Position numbers and translations under genes: made by a program. This document shows positions 1 to 8,729 of a DNA stretch of 64,000 nt, piece by piece. Source of the DNA: a virus. Location: IMG/VR virus record IMGVR_UViG_3300027974_000021. The stretch is one strand, 5' to 3'. The notes beneath the pieces are model-generated. The model saw only the letters and a program-made list of their open reading frames with translations, was not told where the DNA came from and did no database searches. Position 1 is the stretch's first letter. The number at the start of each line of letters is the position of its first letter.

Positions 1-292
1 ATACGAGACTGTAGTTAGTTTCTTGGGAGAAAAACCTATTTGGGCACCGAAGTCAAAAATAGGACATACCCTTGCAGCTGCTGGAGTGTTAGAGTGTATA
101 TATGCGATTCTTTCAATGCAAAGAGGAATCATACCACATATACAAAATTTAAAAAGTGCTTTTTGTGACACTAAAAATATTTTAGTTCGCGAGAATTTAA
201 ATACTAACAAAAAAGTTTTGCGAACATTAAATAACTCATTCGGATTTGGGGGAAAATGTATGTCGCAAGTAATAGAGGTAAATAAAGAATGA
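1..292 (+). CDS. fabF: Beta-ketoacyl-ACP synthase (FabF/FabB type), C-terminal part; 5' end lies outside the window
   Basis: KSKIGHTLAAAG and NNSFGFGG motifs of the ketoacyl synthase C-terminal domain; reading frame is open to the left edge. Confidence 0.88.
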   Translation, partial: YETVVSFLGEKPIWAPKSKIGHTLAAAGVLECIYAILSMQRGIIPHIQNLKSAFCDTKNILVRENLNTNKKVLRTLNNSFGFGGKCMSQVIEVNKE

Positions 293-441
293 CAACAATA
301 ATACTTTTATCAATCGGTGTTATAATCGGTTGGACTTATAAGCCAGCATTTGCTGATAATTTTATAAACAAATCTAAAGAAATTTTAAGTGGTGTTTTAA
401 CTTACTTAAAAGCTCTTGTTAAAAAAGGAGACAATAAGTAA
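289..441 (+). CDS. Small putative membrane protein (50 aa, MTTIILLSIGVIIGWTYKP...), not in the ORF track
   Basis: ATGA overlap with the fabF stop; hydrophobic N-terminus; fills the gap to the next gene exactly. Confidence 0.65.
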   Translation: MTTIILLSIGVIIGWTYKPAFADNFINKSKEILSGVLTYLKALVKKGDNK

Positions 442-442
442 A

Positions 443-859
443 ATGGCACAAGTAGAAACAAACACAAAAACGGAATTGACAAATTCCAAGGAGATTCCCC
501 AACGTCAAACATCTTGGGGTTATCATTTAATTATTGATGCAGCAGGTTGCACTAAAAACTTTCAAGACCCAGTGGTTTTGAAAACTTTTTTAAATGACCT
601 TTTAGTTCGCATCGACATGAACGCATGGGGTGAGCCATGGATAACTCACTTTGCTGAAAAACCAGAGATCGCTGGATGGACAGTAATACAAGCATTGACT
701 ACAAGTTCATTAACAATACACTTTTTAGATAATAATGGTGATTGTTATTTTGACTTGTTCTCATGCAAAACTTTTGATATTGAAATGGTGAAAACTATGA
801 TAAAAGAATATTTTGATCCTATTTCAATGAAGGATCAATATTTTGTTAGACAAGCATAA
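443..859 (+). CDS. speD: Pyruvoyl-dependent decarboxylase of the S-adenosylmethionine decarboxylase (SpeD/SpeH) family; substrate uncertain
   Basis: GYHLIIDAAGC, LTTSSLTIHF (self-cleavage region), FDLFSCKTFD; AGGAG at ~426-430 favours ATG 443 over TTG 416. Confidence 0.8.
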   Translation: MAQVETNTKTELTNSKEIPQRQTSWGYHLIIDAAGCTKNFQDPVVLKTFLNDLLVRIDMNAWGEPWITHFAEKPEIAGWTVIQALTTSSLTIHFLDNNGDCYFDLFSCKTFDIEMVKTMIKEYFDPISMKDQYFVRQA

Positions 860-1328
860 TATAACACCAAAAGAAGCATTACAAGAGTGGTTGGCGAGAC
901 TTAAAATACCTCGCCAAGCACTTGATGGTCATTCTATATGTCCATTTAGTAAAGGAGTCAGTGTACCTACACCTGAAGACTTAAACATCGATAACTCTTT
1001 TCGTCCTCCTGCATTATGGGAGATTAAAAAAATTAAAATTTACAACATAATCAATCCGAATATTACACCAACAGAATTAGATGAATGGTGTGATTATTAC
1101 ATAAACAAATATGAAAATTATATGTTTATAGCAGACCATAAAGACAGAGATACACACATTAATGGAATTAAAACAAATAATGGTTATTTTAACTTTATGT
1201 TAGTTCAAAGTTTGCCTGAATTGAATGAAGCACGTAGAAATTTATTAAAAACAACCAACTATTATAGTTTCTGGGATCCTGAATATTTAAAAGATACTTG
1301 GAATAATAGTTTTGATAAAGAAGAATAA
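843..1328 (+). CDS. Hypothetical protein with a CPF motif (DUF1415-like N-terminus)
   Basis: LQEWL...ICPFSK pattern; overlaps the upstream gene and abuts the downstream one. Confidence 0.55.
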   Translation: MLDKHNITPKEALQEWLARLKIPRQALDGHSICPFSKGVSVPTPEDLNIDNSFRPPALWEIKKIKIYNIINPNITPTELDEWCDYYINKYENYMFIADHKDRDTHINGIKTNNGYFNFMLVQSLPELNEARRNLLKTTNYYSFWDPEYLKDTWNNSFDKEE

Positions 1329-1330
1329 TT

Positions 1331-2413
1331 ATGAGTGTTTGGACAGATTATGATCCGTTGAAAGAAATTATTATAGGAAGTATTCCTACACCTGAATACT
1401 TTTCAAACTTTCTAAAACCAGATATCCTAGAAGTCCTTACACCCATTATAAAAGAAACACATGAAGACTTAAACAAGTTTGCTAATATATGTATTTCTTT
1501 AGGAGTAAAAGTATATAGACCAAAAGTGTTAGACTTTCGTGAACCACTTAGACTTCCAGGATTTAAAATTAAGAATCCAATATCACCTTTAGTGCCAAGA
1601 GATAGTTATCTTGTTTATGGTAATACAATTTATTCTTCATATACTAGTATGGCTGATAGATGGTTAGAGTCATTATCATTCTACGATATCTTTATGGAAA
1701 AGTTTGTAGAAGGATATAATTGGTTATCAACACCAGTACCACAATTAAAAGACTTTAGACCTGACACTCAATGGTACACGCATGGTGGCGATCGTTATGG
1801 AGTAGAATTAAAAGATAAAATATTATGGCATTGTGCTACTATGTACAAATGTGGTGATAGTTTAATTATTAATTCTTCGGGTCCAGGAACTAAATTAGGA
1901 TATGACTGGATGCAACGTAATATACCTGATACTAAATTTATAAAGAATTCAAATAAGCCACACAAAGGATGGGGACATATAGATCAATTTTTCTTTCAAA
2001 CGGATGATAATACAGTATTTTGTACTAATAAAAATTATGTCCCAGATGTATTCCTAAATAATAGTAAGTTCAAAGTACATGAATTTGGTCACTTAATTAA
2101 AGATGTAGATATGAAACAATATGAACATCGTCTAGCACAAACAGATGGTAAATATAGTATTGAATGGATTGATGAGTGGATAGATGAATGGAGAGGTTTC
2201 GCACAAGAAGTAGCATTTGATAGTAATGTAGTTGTAGTTGATAGTAAAAATGTAATTGTCACTAATGAACAACCAGCATTATCAAATTGGTTTAAAGAAT
2301 TTGGTATAACACTACATCCTGTTAATTTAAGACAGGGTGGTTTTTGGGATGGTGGTGTTCACTGTTTATCGCTTGATATTAAAAGAGATGGAGAGAAAAG
2401 AAATATCGTATGA
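1331..2413 (+). CDS. Amidinotransferase (glycine/inosamine-phosphate amidinotransferase family, pentein fold)
   Basis: WTDYDPLKEIIIG start, PRD, GHID and the C-terminal catalytic GGVHCLSLD motif. Confidence 0.88.
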   Translation: MSVWTDYDPLKEIIIGSIPTPEYFSNFLKPDILEVLTPIIKETHEDLNKFANICISLGVKVYRPKVLDFREPLRLPGFKIKNPISPLVPRDSYLVYGNTIYSSYTSMADRWLESLSFYDIFMEKFVEGYNWLSTPVPQLKDFRPDTQWYTHGGDRYGVELKDKILWHCATMYKCGDSLIINSSGPGTKLGYDWMQRNIPDTKFIKNSNKPHKGWGHIDQFFFQTDDNTVFCTNKNYVPDVFLNNSKFKVHEFGHLIKDVDMKQYEHRLAQTDGKYSIEWIDEWIDEWRGFAQEVAFDSNVVVVDSKNVIVTNEQPALSNWFKEFGITLHPVNLRQGGFWDGGVHCLSLDIKRDGEKRNIV

Positions 2414-3408
2414 GAAAAATTTATAACTGGATTAATCCAACCTATTATGTAGATTATGATAAATTAAAGGATGTAATAGTTCCTTTGATGCAAGAAGATT
2501 TACGTGAATGGATGATTAACAATCCGATCGAAACAAGCACTGAGTGTGCTTATGCTCCACCAGAAGAAGTAGAAGAAAAGATATTATCCAAAAAAGAAGA
2601 GTTGAAGGCACATAAAAATCGAGCAATTGCTTATAAAGAAATTCTTACAGATGAAGCTGAAAGAAAACATTACAATGATTGGCGTTCTATTGATTTTCTT
2701 TATGAGTGTAAATGGAATAAAGAAGTTTTTAAAAGATCTTGGCAATTAATGTCTGAATGTAAAGGTATTAAACAAATCTTTATTAATTTTATAAAACCAA
2801 ATGGAATTATAACACCACATTTAGATACTTCTACTTGGGAAAAGATAGAAGAAGATTGGGGTTTGCCACTTTATTCATTAGAGGGTGGAAGTATTATTGC
2901 TACATTATTTACAGGTATGAAAAACAGAGAAGAAAAGACTGTTGGAATGAAAGTAAATGGTGTTTATAAGTTTCCATTAGCAGGAGAATTAGTTTGTTTT
3001 GATGGAAGATGGAATGAACATCAAATGTGGAACAACACAAACGAGTGGAGAATTACAGCAGTAATAGATATTGATAGAAAATACTTTACTCAAGTGTTAG
3101 AGGATGTTGATGAAGAAAAGAAAGAAATAAACAGACCAAAAGATAGTCTTACGATAACAGAAAATGCAACAATTAAATTTCAAAAATCTTTTAGTAAAGA
3201 AGAAGTAGAATATTATTTAAATCATGGTTTAACTGAAAAAATAGAATTTTTAAAAGAAAAAATACTTTGGTTGAATGAATATTCTGGGCGTAAAATATAC
3301 GCAGACCATTTAGATGAAATTTCAACAACAACTTTTTTAAATGCTAATATAACAAAAATAGATATATATTTTAAAAATTATAAGGAATATTATGTACATA
3401 GCACCTAA
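2410..3408 (+). CDS. AspH/LpxO-like 2OG-Fe(II) hydroxylase, paralog 1 (with ~100 aa C-terminal extension)
   Basis: FIKPNGIITPHLD ... CFDGRWNEHQMWNNTNEWRITAVIDID: HxD, distal His and 2OG-binding Arg. Confidence 0.82.
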   Translation: MRKIYNWINPTYYVDYDKLKDVIVPLMQEDLREWMINNPIETSTECAYAPPEEVEEKILSKKEELKAHKNRAIAYKEILTDEAERKHYNDWRSIDFLYECKWNKEVFKRSWQLMSECKGIKQIFINFIKPNGIITPHLDTSTWEKIEEDWGLPLYSLEGGSIIATLFTGMKNREEKTVGMKVNGVYKFPLAGELVCFDGRWNEHQMWNNTNEWRITAVIDIDRKYFTQVLEDVDEEKKEINRPKDSLTITENATIKFQKSFSKEEVEYYLNHGLTEKIEFLKEKILWLNEYSGRKIYADHLDEISTTTFLNANITKIDIYFKNYKEYYVHST

Positions 3409-4078
3409 TTCATATATTAATTATGTTCAATTATTAGATCATTATCCTAAATTAGTTGAGGATATGAATAAATGGCTTAATACACATACACCAGAAAGAG
3501 ATTCAATTGCTGTATATTCTGATGATCCTGCAAATAAGTTTTTGTCCACTACAACAAACTTTGTAGAAAGCTGGACAACTGAAGAAGAAAAGCAACATCG
3601 TTATGATTGGAAATCTATTCCTGTGTTTTTTGAAAAAGCGTGGAACACAAAAGACTTTCCTAGATTTTCAGAATTTGGTAAAGATTTAAAAGGATTGAGA
3701 CAATGTCTTATTAATTTTATTGCTCCACGTGGTAAAATTACAATACATAAAGATCACGACAATTGGGGTAAGATGACAGAAGATTGGGGATTTAAGTGTG
3801 AAGGATATTCATTAGTTGCTACTTTAAAAACAGGAATGAAAAAAGCTACAGATAAAACAGTAGGAACATGTATTAGAGATATTAAAACTGGAACTGACAC
3901 TTGGAGTTATGCATTAGTAAATGAATTTGTTTGTTTTGATGGATTAAATTATAACCATGCAATTACTAACAATACAGATGAATGGAGAATTTCAGCAGTA
4001 TTTGATATTGATAAAGAAAAATTTGATCCTAGTTTTGTTAAAACTGATAAACAAGTTTGTGATTATTATGTGGATTGA
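3392..4078 (+). CDS. AspH/LpxO-like 2OG-Fe(II) hydroxylase, paralog 2
   Basis: FIAPRGKITIHKD ... FDGLNYNHAITNNTDEWRISAVFDID. Confidence 0.82.
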   Translation: MYIAPNSYINYVQLLDHYPKLVEDMNKWLNTHTPERDSIAVYSDDPANKFLSTTTNFVESWTTEEEKQHRYDWKSIPVFFEKAWNTKDFPRFSEFGKDLKGLRQCLINFIAPRGKITIHKDHDNWGKMTEDWGFKCEGYSLVATLKTGMKKATDKTVGTCIRDIKTGTDTWSYALVNEFVCFDGLNYNHAITNNTDEWRISAVFDIDKEKFDPSFVKTDKQVCDYYVD

Positions 4079-4751
4079 TGTAAAAAGATATAAAGATTAT
4101 AAAAAATTATTTGATTATCAAAATATTTTAAATCTAGACATAAAAAACTGGTTAAAAAACAATGATCCTATAAAGAATACAGAACCAGTTTATGAAGAAA
4201 GAGCAAGTAGTCAAGAGTCATATGGGAAACTTAATCCTGATGGTACTATAACTTCTATCAGTTCGAAGTTTAGTGAACCACCAGCAGATCCTACAAAGAA
4301 TCCAGAAGAATACGCACACAGAAAAGATTGGAGATGCGTAGGTGGGTTTTATGAACGTACATGGAACACAAAAATAATAAAAGAATCATTAAAAGCTTTA
4401 ACTATGTTAAGTGGTTTAAAACAATTAAATATAAATTTTCTTTGTCCCTTTGGTAAAATAACTTCTCATTTAGACGATGGTGGGTGGAAAAAAATATCAG
4501 AAGATTGGGGTAAAGAAACTTACGGATATAGTATAGTACAAACAATTCAATCAGGTATGACTGAATCATCATCAGAGTTAGTTGGCATGCGTGTAAATGA
4601 TGTTGATAAATATCCATTAGTTGGAGAATTAGTTTGCTTTGATGGTATAAAAGGATTACATAGCATGTGGAATAATACAAATATATGGCGTATTACTGCT
4701 GTGTATGATATAGATATAAACGCATTTAATAAATATAGTATATGTGGATAG
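4068..4751 (+). CDS. AspH/LpxO-like 2OG-Fe(II) hydroxylase, paralog 3 (start corrected to MWIDVK)
   Basis: FLCPFGKITSHLD ... FDGIKGLHSMWNNTNIWRITAVYDID; N-terminus aligns with the paralogs from ATG 4068. Confidence 0.82.
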   Translation: MWIDVKRYKDYKKLFDYQNILNLDIKNWLKNNDPIKNTEPVYEERASSQESYGKLNPDGTITSISSKFSEPPADPTKNPEEYAHRKDWRCVGGFYERTWNTKIIKESLKALTMLSGLKQLNINFLCPFGKITSHLDDGGWKKISEDWGKETYGYSIVQTIQSGMTESSSELVGMRVNDVDKYPLVGELVCFDGIKGLHSMWNNTNIWRITAVYDIDINAFNKYSICG

Positions 4752-5329
4752 ACGCAACAAAATATAAACATTACGAAGTTCTTAAAACAAGTTTAATTCC
4801 TGCATTGGAGTTAGACTACAATAGATTCATTCGTAAATTTGATATTACAGAAACAGGTGTAAATGTATTTCGATTTGAATATCCTAATCGAGAAGACGAT
4901 CATGCTGATGATTGGTGGGCTATACCACTTATTCAAGGAGGTGAAGCAGTACCACCTTTAAGAAATCCATGGCAACATGCAACAGCAAGTTTAAAAGAAA
5001 TTCCTGGAGTATTTCAATCAATCGTAAATTTTATAAAACCAAATGGTGGATTGCCAATGCATCATGACTTTGGTAGTTGGCAAAGAATAGAAGAAGCATT
5101 AGGTTATCCAGTAAAAGGATATACAATAGCTATTGGTATTGACATGCCATCAAACGATCCGAATATTTGTGGTATGGAATTTGAAAATGATACTTTTCCA
5201 AGAACTTATGGAAATAAGGAAATAGTAGCATTTAATGGACGTGACTTTATGCATAAAGTATGGAATAAAACAGGAAATTGGCGTGTTTCTTGTGTAATTG
5301 ATACTGATATAAAGGATTGGAACAATTAA
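4742..5329 (+). CDS. AspH/LpxO-like 2OG-Fe(II) hydroxylase, paralog 4
   Basis: FIKPNGGLPMHHD ... FNGRDFMHKVWNKTGNWRVSCVID. Confidence 0.82.
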   Translation: MWIDATKYKHYEVLKTSLIPALELDYNRFIRKFDITETGVNVFRFEYPNREDDHADDWWAIPLIQGGEAVPPLRNPWQHATASLKEIPGVFQSIVNFIKPNGGLPMHHDFGSWQRIEEALGYPVKGYTIAIGIDMPSNDPNICGMEFENDTFPRTYGNKEIVAFNGRDFMHKVWNKTGNWRVSCVIDTDIKDWNN

Positions 5330-5334
5330 AACCC

Positions 5335-5363
5335 TTTACATACAATAAAAAATATAGTATAAT
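5335..5363 (+). promoter_or_regulatory. Sigma70-type (early) promoter TTTACA-N17-TATAAT
   Basis: TTTACA 5335-5340, 17-nt spacer, TATAAT 5358-5363; ATG 7 nt downstream. Confidence 0.75.
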
Positions 5364-5370
5364 ATAATCT

Positions 5371-5970
5371 ATGTGGCTTGGAAATCCTACATCTTATTCA
5401 AATTATAGTGCTTTAAGTGCTATGATGATTGCTTTAATGAGCGACTATGCTGAATGGCGAAGTCAAAGATCATTCGAAGATACAGTAAATGCTGACGATC
5501 GTTATTCTATGCCTATTAATAATAGAGGTGGGTTTAAAGCATTACCATTGATTGATGCTCGTAAAATAAACGAACAATTAGAAGATAGATATCTTTGGAA
5601 ACGTACTACTACTCAATTCTATAATATTCCTGGAGCAATAGACTTATGTGTCAATATGATACGTCCAGGAAAAATGTTGCCAGTACATCACGATGGTTAT
5701 GTTTGGGATTGGATACGTCAAAGTATGGGAGATCCTACAATTGAAGGATATACTGTAAGTTTTGGTATTGATATACCTGAACCTGAAAAGCAAGCATTAT
5801 TATTTGATGGTGAAAAGAAAATCTGGAAGACAGGTGAGTTTGTAGCATTTAACGGACACGATATTCAACACAGTTTAAAAAATGAAGCAACAAACCCAGA
5901 GCATTGGCGAGTGACGGCTGTAATGGAAATTGATAAAAAATATTTTAACAACTATTCTGTTGGTTTATGA
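5371..5970 (+). CDS. AspH/LpxO-like 2OG-Fe(II) hydroxylase, paralog 5
   Basis: MIRPGKMLPVHHD ... FNGHDIQHSLKN...WRVTAVMEID. Confidence 0.82.
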   Translation: MWLGNPTSYSNYSALSAMMIALMSDYAEWRSQRSFEDTVNADDRYSMPINNRGGFKALPLIDARKINEQLEDRYLWKRTTTQFYNIPGAIDLCVNMIRPGKMLPVHHDGYVWDWIRQSMGDPTIEGYTVSFGIDIPEPEKQALLFDGEKKIWKTGEFVAFNGHDIQHSLKNEATNPEHWRVTAVMEIDKKYFNNYSVGL

Positions 5971-6230
5971 GTTTAGATAACGATCAATTACAACAAGAAA
6001 TTTACGATGATATATTTAAGAATGCTATGGATCTTATAGTTAAACATTCAAGTAATTTAGAAGTTAATCAATTAGTTTCAAGTACGATGCTCGCAATAGC
6101 TATTCGTTTTTATAAATCAGCTTTAACTGATTTAGATTATCAAAAATTTTTAAATTCAATTATAGAAGTTGGACAAGAAGCAAGACCATTTGGTGTTGCT
6201 GAAATATTACCAAAAAGAAAATTGAATTAA
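5967..6230 (+). CDS. Hypothetical protein
   Basis: ATGA-coupled 87 aa ORF. Confidence 0.65.
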   Translation: MSLDNDQLQQEIYDDIFKNAMDLIVKHSSNLEVNQLVSSTMLAIAIRFYKSALTDLDYQKFLNSIIEVGQEARPFGVAEILPKRKLN

Positions 6231-6237
6231 CTAAATA
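6230..6237 (+). promoter_or_regulatory. Candidate T4-type late promoter (ACTAAATA)
   Basis: Variant of TATAAATA at an intergenic position; same octamer at 28917 and 45186. Confidence 0.4.
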
Positions 6238-6264
6238 GGTTTGCTTTTAACAGAGGAGGGTATT

Positions 6265-6369
6265 ATGACTCTTTTTGTTTATGAAGTAATAGTTCTTATT
6301 TTATCTGTTATTATGTTAGGAATATCTGTTTTTTATATGTTTAAAATTGACAAAGCAAAGAAAAAATAA
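6265..6369 (+). CDS. Small single-TM protein (34 aa, MTLFVYEVIVLILSVIMLGISVFYMFKIDKAKKK)
   Basis: Strong SD GAGGAGG immediately upstream; hydrophobic core with a basic tail. Confidence 0.65.
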   Translation: MTLFVYEVIVLILSVIMLGISVFYMFKIDKAKKK

Positions 6370-6384
6370 TTATTATTTTATACT

Positions 6385-6960
6385 ATGAATATCTTTTACT
6401 TAGATAAAAATCCTAAAATTTGTGCGACAATGCACTGCGATAAACATGTAGTCAAAATGATTATAGAGTATGCGCAGTTATTGTCAACTGCGCACCGAGT
6501 CCTAGACGGAACTTCAAACAACATCCTTACCAAATCAAAACGCAAATATACCACTTGGATTCATCCAACTCCATTAATGGAATCTACATTGTATAAATCT
6601 ACTATGAAGAATCATCCATCAGCTATATGGGTTCGTGAGAGTGTGTCACATTATGAGTATTTGAAAGAATTATGGAAACATTTATCAGACGAATATACTC
6701 ATCGTTATGGTAAGACACATAGCACTTATATCAAATTAAAAGATGTATTAAAATTAAATCCAATCAACATACCTAATATTCCATTCAAAGATCCACCACC
6801 AGCAATGAGTAATTTTCCATTATGTATTGTACCAAATAATAGTCTTTACTCTTATTATAATTATTACATAGTGGCAAAGAATTATTTTGCTAAATGGACT
6901 AATCGACCGATACCTGAATGGTACTCAACAGGGTTATCAACAAAGAAATTATATGCCTAA
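6385..6960 (+). CDS. Pyrimidine-dimer DNA glycosylase / DenV-related family protein
   Basis: MNIFYLD...HCDKHVVKMIIEYAQLLSTAHR and NHPSAIWVR motifs of this widespread phage family. Confidence 0.7.
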   Translation: MNIFYLDKNPKICATMHCDKHVVKMIIEYAQLLSTAHRVLDGTSNNILTKSKRKYTTWIHPTPLMESTLYKSTMKNHPSAIWVRESVSHYEYLKELWKHLSDEYTHRYGKTHSTYIKLKDVLKLNPINIPNIPFKDPPPAMSNFPLCIVPNNSLYSYYNYYIVAKNYFAKWTNRPIPEWYSTGLSTKKLYA

Positions 6961-7213
6961 TTATACATTTGAAAATAAAAAAACTAAAAAAGAATTTTCA
7001 TTAACAATGAAAATGGATGAACTTGAATTATATTTAAAAGCAAATCCAGATGTTCAACAAATATTTAATACATTTCCTGGAATTGCTGCACCATGGAACG
7101 TTGGAGGTGTGACTGGAAAAGCTACAAATGCAAAAAAAGGTTTTAAAGAGGTATTAAATAGAATACACAAACGTACTCCTGGAAGTCGTTTAAATAAAAC
7201 AACGGACATGTAA
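6953..7213 (+). CDS. Conserved T4-like hypothetical protein (FmdB-like N-terminus MPNYTFENK)
   Basis: MPxYxF start and GFKEVLNRIHK C-terminus typical of aquatic T4-like phages; start corrected to 6953. Confidence 0.65.
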   Translation: MPNYTFENKKTKKEFSLTMKMDELELYLKANPDVQQIFNTFPGIAAPWNVGGVTGKATNAKKGFKEVLNRIHKRTPGSRLNKTTDM

Positions 7214-7222
7214 GGATAAAAA

Positions 7223-7843
7223 ATGAGTATATTTACAGAAGAAAGATTAGGAAAAGCATTATATTTAACAGATGCAAATACATTAACCAATTGGTATAAT
7301 GCCTTACTCGATTCATTACCAGAAGATATGATTGAGAGTCCGAGTCGTATTGCTGGTTTCTTAGCACAAACATCACACGAGTCTGGTAAATATAAATTTT
7401 TAGCAGAAAATTTAAACTATTCTGATAAAGGTTTATTAAAAACATTCCCAAAATACTTTAATGAGAGTAATGTAATGGATTATGCTCGTAAGCCAGAAGC
7501 AATCGCAAATAGAGTTTATGCGAATCGTATGGGAAATGGTGATGAAGCATCAGGTGATGGTTGGAGATATTGTGGAAGAGGACTTATACAATTGACAGGT
7601 AAGAATAACTATCAAGCATTTGCTAATAGTGAACAAATGAATATAGAAGAAGTTCCTGATTATTTAATTACATATGTTGGTGCTGTAAGATCTGCTCTTT
7701 GGTTTTGGAATAAAAATAATTTAAATGACACAGCTGATCTCGGAGATTTACTAATGATGACAAAGAAAATAAATGGAGGAACACATGGACTTGCTGAAAG
7801 AACAGCTGAATACAAAAGAATCCTTGAAATATATTCAGCCTAG
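7223..7843 (+). CDS. Glycoside hydrolase family 19 endolysin
   Basis: FLAQTSHESG, ENLNYS, GDGWRYCGRGLIQLTGKNNY, INGGTHGLAER. Confidence 0.92.
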   Translation: MSIFTEERLGKALYLTDANTLTNWYNALLDSLPEDMIESPSRIAGFLAQTSHESGKYKFLAENLNYSDKGLLKTFPKYFNESNVMDYARKPEAIANRVYANRMGNGDEASGDGWRYCGRGLIQLTGKNNYQAFANSEQMNIEEVPDYLITYVGAVRSALWFWNKNNLNDTADLGDLLMMTKKINGGTHGLAERTAEYKRILEIYSA

Positions 7844-8525
7844 CAAAAGGTTCACTCATCTTTCAATTGAGTTTCCTAAGTTAGAAAGAATAGATTCTGC
7901 TGGGAGTAGAGTTTATAAAACACCAACAGGAAATCTATATCCTTCAGTGACAAGCATCACATCATTACAAAATAGATCAAGTATTATTGAATGGAGGACT
8001 AGAGTAGGAAATACTGAAGCAAATCGTATATCAAAACAAGCATCATCACGTGGTACTTTAATTCATAAATGGTCTGAAAAGTATTTACTTAATGATGGAT
8101 TTGAATATGATACAGAAGATTTAGTAGAAACAACTTTGTCTCAAGATTTTACTAATTTTATGCCAGTGTTAAATGAAATTGATAATATAATGGCACTTGA
8201 AACACCTTTATATTCTCATGAATTACAATGTGCTGGTACAGTTGATTGTATAGCTACATTTAAGAATAAAGTTTCTTTAATTGATTTTAAAACAGCATCA
8301 AGACCAAAAGAAAAGAAATGGATTCAAAACTACTTTATGCAAGCATCAGCATACGCACATATGTTTAAAGAATTAAAAGGACAACCTATACAACAAACTG
8401 TATTATTGTTTTTAGTAGATGGTGGTGAAACACAAATATTCACTGAGAATCCAAATAGTCATCTTGAGATGTTTAGATTTTATAGAGAACAATATAGAAA
8501 AGAAAATGAATTGGCAGTCGAATAA
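7773..8525 (+). CDS. PD-(D/E)XK exonuclease (T4-like phage exonuclease); true start probably somewhat downstream
   Basis: YPSVTSI, RGTLIH, AGTVDCIA, IDFKTA, YFMQASAYA. Confidence 0.85.
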   Translation: MEEHMDLLKEQLNTKESLKYIQPSKRFTHLSIEFPKLERIDSAGSRVYKTPTGNLYPSVTSITSLQNRSSIIEWRTRVGNTEANRISKQASSRGTLIHKWSEKYLLNDGFEYDTEDLVETTLSQDFTNFMPVLNEIDNIMALETPLYSHELQCAGTVDCIATFKNKVSLIDFKTASRPKEKKWIQNYFMQASAYAHMFKELKGQPIQQTVLLFLVDGGETQIFTENPNSHLEMFRFYREQYRKENELAVE

Positions 8526-8688
8526 AGGATTCGTCGCAAAAGAGTATAAAGCATTTGGTGAAAATGCATGGGGTCAAAAAGTATTTGTAATTAAGTATAA
8601 GGGATTTTCTAATGTCACAGTAGAGAATGATTTTAACCAATGGATAAAAGAAGTAGATGACCTCGCAATTGAAAAGAAAACAAAATAA
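8506..8688 (+). CDS. Hypothetical protein (60 aa, MNWQSNKGF...)
   Basis: ATG 8506 overlaps the exonuclease end. Confidence 0.55.
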   Translation: MNWQSNKGFVAKEYKAFGENAWGQKVFVIKYKGFSNVTVENDFNQWIKEVDDLAIEKKTK

Positions 8689-8729
8689 AACATTTAAATC
8701 TCCTTTTTTAAGTGGAAGTGATATGAAAC

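Noticed and set aside
3957-4067. Extended N-termini in the ORF track (3957, 6887, 8419, 9902, 12497, 15330, 21639)
   Set aside because: They overlap upstream genes or leader RNA; downstream ATGs have paralog alignment, SD or stop-start coupling support.
1331-5970. DNA hypermodification role for the hydroxylase cluster
   Set aside because: The oxygenases are AspH/LpxO-like rather than TET/JBP-like, and no base-modifying transferase or kinase is visible. Strict site avoidance also argues against fully protected DNA. Not excluded, but unsupported.
7773-8525. Cas4-like nuclease suggesting a CRISPR system
   Set aside because: No repeat-spacer array or other cas genes seen; it lacks the Cas4 Cys cluster and matches the ordinary T4-like exonuclease.
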